IMG/VR virus record: IMGVR_UViG_2534681657_000006
Strand: one strand, 5' to 3'
From: a virus
Taxonomy: Duplodnaviria > Heunggongvirae > Uroviricota > Caudoviricetes
Length of the DNA stretch: 4,506 nt
In this document: piece after piece, positions 1-4,506 of the stretch
Position numbering within the stretch: the first letter of the stretch is position 1
Layout: each line of letters begins with the position of its first letter
Position numbers and translations under genes: made by a program
Notes under the pieces: model-generated
The model's database searches: none
What the model saw: the letters and a program-made list of their open reading frames with translations, nothing else
Told to the model about the DNA's origin: nothing

Positions 1-224
1 ATGTGCTGCTGTGCTGTTTTGGTTCATCGGTGCCGAATCATGCCGCCATTTACTGCGGCGACGGTGAGCTGCTGCACCATATTCCTGAACAACTGAGTAA
101 ACGAGAGAGGTATACCGACAAATGGCAGCGACGCACACACTCCCTCTGGCGTCACCGGGCATGGCACGCATCTGCCTTTACGGGGATTTACAACGATTTG
201 GCCGCCGCATCGACCTTCGTGTGA
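1..224 (+). CDS. K: Tail assembly protein K, C-terminal part (5' end lies outside the window; first full codon at 3, stop TGA 222-224)
   Basis: Open frame runs from the window edge to TGA at 222-224. The translation (...AAIYCGDGELLHHIPEQLSKRERYTDKWQRRTHSLWRHRAWHASAFTGIYNDLAAASTFV) matches my recollection of the C-terminus of lambda gpK, and the gene sits immediately upstream of and overlapping gene I as in lambda. The M at position 3 in the ORF track is a GTG internal codon, not a real start. Confidence 0.8.
   Translation, partial: VLLCCFGSSVPNHAAIYCGDGELLHHIPEQLSKRERYTDKWQRRTHSLWRHRAWHASAFTGIYNDLAAASTFV
103..110 (+). promoter_or_regulatory. Putative Shine-Dalgarno for gene I (GAGAGAGG), 11 nt upstream of the ATG at 122
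   Basis: Purine-rich GAGAGAGG at 103-110 inside the 3' end of K, followed by ATG at 122. The spacer is on the long side. Confidence 0.4.
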
Positions 225-769
225 AAACGGGGTCTGAAGCCATCCGGGCGCTGGCCATGCAGATCCCGGCGTTTCGTCAGAAACTGAATGACGGCTGGTA
301 TCAGGTGCGCATTGCCGGGCGTGATGCAGGTGAAACCGAATTGTCTGCCCGTCTTAATGAGCCGCTGGCAAATGGTGCCGTGATCCACATCGTGCCGCGT
401 CTGGCGGGAGCTAAAAGTGGCGGTGTGTTTCAGGTGGTGCTGGGGGCGGCGCTGATTGCGGTGGCATGGTGGAACCCTGTGGGCTGGCTGGGTGCCGCGG
501 CTGTATCGGGCATGTATGCGGCAGGGGCCAGTATGATCCTGGGCGGAGTGGCGCAGATGCTGGCACCGAAAGCCAGGACGTCCACGGCAGCAAGTACAGA
601 TAACGGCAAACAGAACACCTATTTCTCCTCACTGGATAACATGGTTGCCCAGGGCAATGTTCTGCCTGTTCTGTACGGTGAAATGCGCGTGGGGTCACGC
701 GTGGTTTCTCAGGAGATCAGCACGGCAGACGAAGGGGATGGTGGTCAGGTTGTGGTGATTGGTCGCTGA
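122..769 (+). CDS. I: Tail assembly protein I (215 aa)
   Basis: Complete ORF ATG 122 to TGA 767-769. N-terminus MAATHTLPLASPGMARICLYGDLQRFGRRIDLRVKTGSEAIRALA and C-terminus DNGKQNTYFSSLDNMVAQGNVLPVLYGEMRVGSRVVSQEISTADEGDGGQVVVIGR match my recollection of lambda gpI. It has a central Gly/Ala-rich hydrophobic segment. The start lies inside the 3' end of K in a different frame (103-nt overlap), as in lambda. Confidence 0.9.
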   Translation: MAATHTLPLASPGMARICLYGDLQRFGRRIDLRVKTGSEAIRALAMQIPAFRQKLNDGWYQVRIAGRDAGETELSARLNEPLANGAVIHIVPRLAGAKSGGVFQVVLGAALIAVAWWNPVGWLGAAAVSGMYAAGASMILGGVAQMLAPKARTSTAASTDNGKQNTYFSSLDNMVAQGNVLPVLYGEMRVGSRVVSQEISTADEGDGGQVVVIGR

Positions 770-787
770 TGCAAAATGTTTTATGTG

Positions 788-815
788 AAACCGCCTCCGG
801 GCGGTTTTGTCGTTT
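788..815 (+). terminator. I-J intergenic GC-rich hairpin with interrupted T-tract (possible weak terminator, attenuator or RNA-stability element)
   Basis: AAACCGCC (788-795) and GGCGGTTT (800-807) are exact reverse complements around the loop TCCG, followed by TTTTGTCGTTT. The T-tract is interrupted, so this is not a canonical strong terminator. Confidence 0.3.
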
Positions 816-817
816 AT

Positions 818-821
818 GGAG
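818..821 (+). promoter_or_regulatory. Shine-Dalgarno for J (GGAG), 8 nt upstream of the ATG at 830
   Basis: GGAG at 818-821 with ATG at 830-832; spacing is typical. Confidence 0.6.
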
Positions 822-829
822 CATGACGA

Positions 830-1900
830 ATGGGTAAAGGCAGCAGTAAGGGGCATACCCCGCGCGAAGCAAAGGACAACCTGAAGTCCACGCAGTTGCT
901 GAGTGTGATCGATGCCATCAGCGAAGGGCCGGTTGAAGGTCCGGTGGATGGATTAAAAAGCGTGCTGCTGAACAGTACACCGGTGCTGGACAGTGAGGGG
1001 AATACCAACATCTCCGGTGTCACGGTGGTGTTCCGGGCAGGTGAGCAGGAGCAGACACCGCCGGAGGGATTTGAATCCTCCGGCTCCGAGACGGTGCTGG
1101 GTACGGAAGTGAAATATGACACGCCGATCACCCGGACCATCACGTCGGCAAACATCGACCGTCTGCGCTTTACCTTCGGTGTGCAGGCACTGGTGGAAAC
1201 CACCTCAAAGGGGGACAGGAATCCGTCGGAAGTCCGCCTGCTGGTTCAGATACAACGTAACGGTGGCTGGGTGACGGAAAAAGACATCACCATTAAGGGC
1301 AAAACCACTTCACAGTATCTGGCCTCGGTGGTGGTGGATAACCTGCCGCCGCGCCCGTTTAATATCCGGATGCGCAGGATGACGCCGGACAGCACCACAG
1401 ACCAGCTGCAGAACAAAACGCTCTGGTCGTCATACACCGAAATTATCGATGTGAAACAGTGCTACCCGAACACGGCACTGGTCGGCGTGCAGGTGGACTC
1501 GGAGCAGTTCGGCAGCCAGCAGGTGAGCCGTAATTATCATCTGCGCGGGCGTATTCTGCAGGTGCCGTCGAACTATAACCCGCAGACGCGGCAATACAGC
1601 GGTATCTGGGACGGAACGTTTAAGCCAGCATACAGCAACAACATGGCCTGGTGTCTGTGGGATATGCTGACCCATCCGCGCTACGGCATGGGGAAACGTC
1701 TTGGTGCGGTGGATGTGGATAAATGGGCGCTGTATCTTATCGGCCAGTACTGCGACCAGTCAGTGCCGGACGGCTTTGGCGGCACGGAGCCGCGCATCAC
1801 CTGTAATGCCTGGCTGACCACCAGCGTAAGGCGTGGGATGTGCTCAGTGATTTCTGCTCTGCGATGCGCTGTATGCCGGTATGGAACGGGCAGACGCTGA
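830..1900 (+). CDS. J: J segment 1 (frame 2); J-like translation ends near 1822, and the last 25 codons before the stop at 1900 are out-of-frame readthrough
   Basis: ORF-track ORF with an SD-supported ATG. The J-like sequence is read through ...RITCNAWLTT, then becomes SVRRGMCSVISALRCAVCRYGTGRR. Confidence 0.6.
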   Translation: MGKGSSKGHTPREAKDNLKSTQLLSVIDAISEGPVEGPVDGLKSVLLNSTPVLDSEGNTNISGVTVVFRAGEQEQTPPEGFESSGSETVLGTEVKYDTPITRTITSANIDRLRFTFGVQALVETTSKGDRNPSEVRLLVQIQRNGGWVTEKDITIKGKTTSQYLASVVVDNLPPRPFNIRMRRMTPDSTTDQLQNKTLWSSYTEIIDVKQCYPNTALVGVQVDSEQFGSQQVSRNYHLRGRILQVPSNYNPQTRQYSGIWDGTFKPAYSNNMAWCLWDMLTHPRYGMGKRLGAVDVDKWALYLIGQYCDQSVPDGFGGTEPRITCNAWLTTSVRRGMCSVISALRCAVCRYGTGRR

Positions 1901-2454
1901 CGTTCGTGCAGGACCGACCGTCGGATAAGGTGTGGACCTATAACCGCAGTAATGTGGTGATGCCGGATGATGGTGCGCCGTTCCGCTACAGCTTCAGCGC
2001 CCTGAAGGACCGCCATAATGCCGTTGAGGTGAACTGGATTGACCCGAATAACGGCTGGGAGACGGCGACAGAGCTTGTTGAAGATACGCAGGCCATTGCC
2101 CGTTACGGTCGTAACGTCACGAAGATGGATGCCTTTGGCTGTACCAGCCGGGGGCAGGCACACCGCGCCGGGCTGTGGCTGATTAAAACGGAACTGCTGG
2201 AAACGCAGACCGTGGACTTCAGCGTGGGTGCTGAAGGGCTTCGCCATGTACCGGGCGATGTCATTGAAATCTGCGATGATGACTATGCCGGTATCCGCAC
2301 CGGTGGGCGCGTGCTGGCGGTGAACAGCCAGACCCGGACGCTGACGCTCGACCGTGAAATCACGCTGCCATCCTCCGGTACCACGCTGATAAGCCTGGTT
2401 GACGGAAGTGGAATCCGGTCAGCGTGGAGGTTCAGTCCGTCACCGACGGCGTGA
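1840..2454 (+). CDS. J: J segment 2 (frame 1); J-like reading extends upstream to about 1822 (QRKAWD precedes the nominal GTG at 1840) and ends near 2412
   Basis: The frame 1 translation QRKAWDVLSDFCSAMRCMPVWNGQTLTFVQDRPSDK... continues the J protein with no SD or start of its own. The nominal start is an internal GTG. Confidence 0.55.
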   Translation: MLSDFCSAMRCMPVWNGQTLTFVQDRPSDKVWTYNRSNVVMPDDGAPFRYSFSALKDRHNAVEVNWIDPNNGWETATELVEDTQAIARYGRNVTKMDAFGCTSRGQAHRAGLWLIKTELLETQTVDFSVGAEGLRHVPGDVIEICDDDYAGIRTGGRVLAVNSQTRTLTLDREITLPSSGTTLISLVDGSGIRSAWRFSPSPTA

Positions 2455-2666
2455 AGGTGAAAGTGAGCCGTGTTCCTGACGGCGTTGCTGAATACAGCGT
2501 GTGGGGGCTGAAGCTGCCGACGCTGCGCCAGCGCCTGTTCCGCTGCGTGAGTATCCGTGAGAACGACGACGGCACGTATGCCATCACCGCCGTGCAGCAT
2601 GTACCGGAAAAAGAGCCATCGTGGATAACGGGGCGCACTTTGACGGCGACCAGAGCGGCACGGTGA
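2424..2666 (+). CDS. J: J segment 3 (frame 3); J-like reading from about 2412 (NPVSVEVQ...) to about 2615
   Basis: Frame 3 encodes [68 protein letters not shown], continuous with the J sequence. The nominal start is an internal GTG. Confidence 0.55.
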   Translation: MEVQSVTDGVKVKVSRVPDGVAEYSVWGLKLPTLRQRLFRCVSIRENDDGTYAITAVQHVPEKEPSWITGRTLTATRAAR

Positions 2667-4306
2667 ATGGTGTCACGCCGCCAGCGGTGCAGCACCTGAC
2701 CGCCGAAGTCACCGCAGACAGCGGGGAGTATCAGGTGCTGGCGCGCTGGGACACGCCGAAGGTGGTGAAGGGCGTGAGCTTCATGCTTCGCCTGACCGTG
2801 GCAGCGGATGACGGCAGTGAGCGGCTGGTCAGCACGGCCCGGACGGCGGAAACCACATACCGCTTCACACAACTGGCGCTGGGGAACTACAGGCTGACAG
2901 TCCGGGCAGTAAATGCGTGGGGGCAGCAGGGCGATCCGGCATCGGTATCGTTCCGGATTGCCGCACCGGCAGCGCCGTCGCAGATTGAGCTGACACCGGG
3001 GTATTTTCAGATAACCGCCACGCCGCATCTTGCGGTTTATGATCCGACGGTACAGTTTGAGTTCTGGTTCTCGGAAAAGCGGATTGCGGATATCAGGCAG
3101 GTTGAAACCGCAGCCCGCTATCTTGGCTCGGCGCTGTACTGGATAGCTGCCAGTATCAATATCAAACCGGGCCATGATTATTATTTTTACGTTCGCAGTG
3201 TGAACACCGTTGGCAAATCGGCATTCGTGGAGGCTGTTGGTCAGCCGAGTGATGACGCATCCGGCTATCTGGATTTTTTCAAAGGCGAGATAGGGAAAAC
3301 CCATCTGGCTCAGGAGCTGTGGACGCAGATTGATAACGGTCAGCTTGCGCCTGACCTGGCTGAAATCAGGACGTCCATTACGGATGTCAGCAATGAAATC
3401 ACGCAGACCGTCAATAAGAAACTGGAAGACCAGAGTGCGGCAATTCAGCAGATACAGAAGGTTCAGGTTGATACAAATAATAACCTGAACAGCATGTGGG
3501 CTGTGAAGCTGCAGCAGATGCAGGACGGACGCCTTTATATCGCGGGTATTGGTGCCGGTATTGAGAACACCCCTGACGGCATGCAGAGTCAGGTGCTGCT
3601 GGCGGCAGACAGGATTGCGATGATTAATCCTGCGAATGGCAACACAAAGCCGATGTTTGTTGGGCAGGGCGATCAGATATTCATGAACGACGTGTTCCTG
3701 AAACGCCTGACGGCTCCCACCATTACCAGCGGCGGTAATCCTCCGGTATTTTCCCTGACACCGGACGGGTGGCTGACGGCGAAAAATGCCGATATCAGCG
3801 GTAACGTGAATGCGAACTCCGGGACGCTCAACAACGTCACGATTAACGAGAACTGTCGGGTTCTGGGAAAACTGTCCGCCAACCAGATTGAAGGCGATCT
3901 CGTTAAAACAGTGGGCAAAGCTTTCCCCCGGGACTCCCGTGCACCGGAACGGTGGCCATCAGGGACCATCACCGTCAGGGTTTATGACGATCAGCCGTTT
4001 GACCGGCAGATTGTTATTCCGGCGGTGGCATTCAGCGGCGCTAAACATGAGAGGGAGAATAACGATATTTATTCGTCATGCCGCCTGATAGTACGGAAAA
4101 ACGGTGCTGAAATTTATAACCGTACCGCGCTGGATAATACGCTGATTTACAGTGGTGTTATTGATATGCCAGCTGGTCGCGGCCACATGACGCTGGAGTT
4201 TTCGGTGTCATCATGGCTGGTAAATGACTGGTATCCCACAGCAAGTATCAGCGATTTGCTGGTTGTGGTGATGAAGAAAGCCACCGCAGGCATCAGTATC
4301 AGCTGA
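2621..4306 (+). CDS. J: J segment 4 (frame 2, same frame as segment 1); J-like reading from about 2615 ([11 protein letters not shown]...) to stop at 4306; contains FN3-like repeats and the distal putative receptor-binding region
   Basis: Longest uninterrupted ORF (561 aa). Two segments, [63 protein letters not shown] and [26 protein letters not shown]...[23 protein letters not shown], look like fibronectin-type-III-like beta-sandwich repeats as reported for J-type central fibres. The nominal start is an internal GTG. Confidence 0.6.
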   Translation: MDNGAHFDGDQSGTVNGVTPPAVQHLTAEVTADSGEYQVLARWDTPKVVKGVSFMLRLTVAADDGSERLVSTARTAETTYRFTQLALGNYRLTVRAVNAWGQQGDPASVSFRIAAPAAPSQIELTPGYFQITATPHLAVYDPTVQFEFWFSEKRIADIRQVETAARYLGSALYWIAASINIKPGHDYYFYVRSVNTVGKSAFVEAVGQPSDDASGYLDFFKGEIGKTHLAQELWTQIDNGQLAPDLAEIRTSITDVSNEITQTVNKKLEDQSAAIQQIQKVQVDTNNNLNSMWAVKLQQMQDGRLYIAGIGAGIENTPDGMQSQVLLAADRIAMINPANGNTKPMFVGQGDQIFMNDVFLKRLTAPTITSGGNPPVFSLTPDGWLTAKNADISGNVNANSGTLNNVTINENCRVLGKLSANQIEGDLVKTVGKAFPRDSRAPERWPSGTITVRVYDDQPFDRQIVIPAVAFSGAKHERENNDIYSSCRLIVRKNGAEIYNRTALDNTLIYSGVIDMPAGRGHMTLEFSVSSWLVNDWYPTASISDLLVVVMKKATAGISIS

Positions 4307-4325
4307 ATTTTATAACCCATATACG

Positions 4326-4352
4326 GGCGCCAGAAATGGCGCCTTTTTTATT
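4326..4352 (+). terminator. Rho-independent terminator downstream of J
   Basis: Perfect 7-bp GC-rich stem GGCGCCA (4326-4332) and TGGCGCC (4337-4343) around a GAAA tetraloop, immediately followed by TTTTTTATT (4344-4352). It starts 20 nt after the J stop. Confidence 0.7.
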
Positions 4353-4362
4353 GCAGAAAAGC

Positions 4363-4368
4363 GAGAGG
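4363..4368 (+). promoter_or_regulatory. Shine-Dalgarno for lom-like gene (GAGAGG), 5 nt upstream of the ATG at 4374
   Basis: GAGAGG at 4363-4368 with ATG at 4374-4376. Confidence 0.55.
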
Positions 4369-4373
4369 TAATT

Positions 4374-4506
4374 ATGCGTAAAGTTTGTGCAGCCATTTTG
4401 TCCGCAGCCATCTGTCTGGCCGTATCCGGTGCGCCTGCATGGGCGTCTGAGCAGCAGGCCACACTGAGCGCAGGGTATCTTCATGCCCGTACGAACGCTC
4501 CCGGCA
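4374..4506 (+). CDS. lom: Lom-like outer-membrane protein (Ail/Lom/PagC family), N-terminal part with signal peptide; 3' end lies outside the window
   Basis: ATG 4374 with SD, open to the window end. The translation MRKVCAAILSAAICLAVSGAPAWA|SEQQATLSAGYLHARTNAPG has a classic Sec signal peptide (basic n-region, hydrophobic core, A-W-A cleavage motif). Position directly downstream of J behind its own terminator is the lambda lom position. Only 44 codons are visible, so family assignment rests mostly on synteny. Confidence 0.7.
   Translation, partial: MRKVCAAILSAAICLAVSGAPAWASEQQATLSAGYLHARTNAPG

Larger units (their letters stand above)
830..4306 (+). pseudogene. J: Tail tip / host-specificity protein J (central tail fibre), reading frame interrupted three times (about 1822, 2412, 2615); would be about 1159 codons if repaired
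   Basis: Four consecutive + strand ORFs (830-1900 frame 2, 1840-2454 frame 1, 2424-2666 frame 3, 2621-4306 frame 2) whose translations concatenate into one J-like protein. The N-terminus MGKGSSKGHTPREAKDNLKSTQLLSVIDAISEGP matches lambda gpJ as I recall it. At each junction the upstream frame runs into a stop within 20-95 nt while the next frame continues the J sequence: ...CNAWLTT/QRKAWDVLSDFCSAM..., ...[19 protein letters not shown]..., ...[16 protein letters not shown]... The last stop is TGA at 4304-4306. Whether this is a true pseudogene or a sequencing artefact cannot be decided from sequence. Confidence 0.85.

Noticed and set aside
3-5. ORF-track start (M) of the 73-aa ORF at position 3
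   Set aside because: The codon is GTG at the window edge and the frame is open to the boundary. The product matches the C-terminus of gpK, so this is an internal Val codon of a 5'-truncated gene, not a start.
411-698. 95-aa and 62-aa ORFs on the minus strand (411-698, 430-618), plus 188-388 (-)
   Set aside because: All lie inside and antisense to gene I, which is well supported. Pro/Ala/Ser-rich shadow translations.
814-1203. 129-aa minus-strand ORF overlapping the J start
   Set aside because: Antisense to the conserved J N-terminus; no independent support.
1681-2247. 188-aa ORF on the minus strand
   Set aside because: Antisense to J; Arg/His/Pro-rich composition with no recognisable protein features. 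Judged a spurious shadow ORF.
1815-2622. Possibility that the three frame changes in J are programmed ribosomal frameshift sites, by analogy with the lambda G/G-T tail chaperone frameshift
   Set aside because: None of the three junctions has a slippery heptanucleotide (X XXY YYZ) or an obvious downstream stimulatory structure. Three separate recoding events within one structural gene would be unprecedented for J. Homopolymer contraction (mutation or sequencing error) is the simpler explanation.
2432-3304. 290-aa ORF on the minus strand
   Set aside because: Lies entirely antisense to the J coding region. The product is Arg/Cys/Pro-rich and low-complexity-looking, as expected from reading GC-rich coding DNA backwards. 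No SD was found, and the + strand carries a strongly supported gene.
3810-4088. 92-aa + strand ORF (frame 3), and 99-aa minus-strand ORF at 3673-3972, inside J segment 4
   Set aside because: Alternative-frame and antisense ORFs nested within the long in-frame J segment; Arg/Ser/Thr-rich with no start signals.
4344-4373. Candidate sigma70 promoter for lom (TTGCAG at 4351-4356)
   Set aside because: No acceptable -10 hexamer at 16-19 bp spacing before the SD and ATG. A real lom promoter may overlap the terminator or lie elsewhere, so I cannot support a promoter call from sequence alone.
4299-4484. 61-aa minus-strand ORF across the terminator and lom start
   Set aside because: Overlaps the terminator hairpin and is antisense to the signal-peptide-encoding start of lom. 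Cys/Arg-rich; judged spurious.
1-4506. Search for CRISPR repeats, tRNA genes, IS elements, integrase or att sites, and defence-system genes
   Set aside because: No direct-repeat/spacer periodicity, no tRNA-like structure and no ORF with transposase, integrase or nuclease features was seen. The window is fully accounted for by the K-I-J-lom tail module, so I do not claim a novel system here.

Overview
The window is a contiguous, + strand piece of a lambdoid phage or prophage tail-tip module in lambda gene order K-I-J-lom. It holds the 3' end of tail assembly gene K (1-224, cut by the window edge), tail assembly gene I (122-769), a J-type tail-tip host-specificity gene (830-4306), a strong intrinsic terminator (4326-4352), and the 5' end of a lom-like Ail/Lom/PagC-family outer-membrane gene (4374 to window end). 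The main observation is that J is broken three times (near 1822, 2412 and 2615), each consistent with loss of one base from a short homopolymer, so it appears as four overlapping ORFs in frames 2, 1, 3 and 2. The J-like protein sequence continues seamlessly across each junction, so these are either very recent inactivating mutations or sequencing/assembly errors; the sequence alone cannot decide. The distal third of J (about 3280-4306) appears divergent from lambda J as I recall it, which suggests a mosaic receptor-binding region. I found no CRISPR array, tRNA, transposase, integrase or recognisable defence system, and I do not claim a novel system here. All homology statements rest on recall of the lambda proteins, not on a search.
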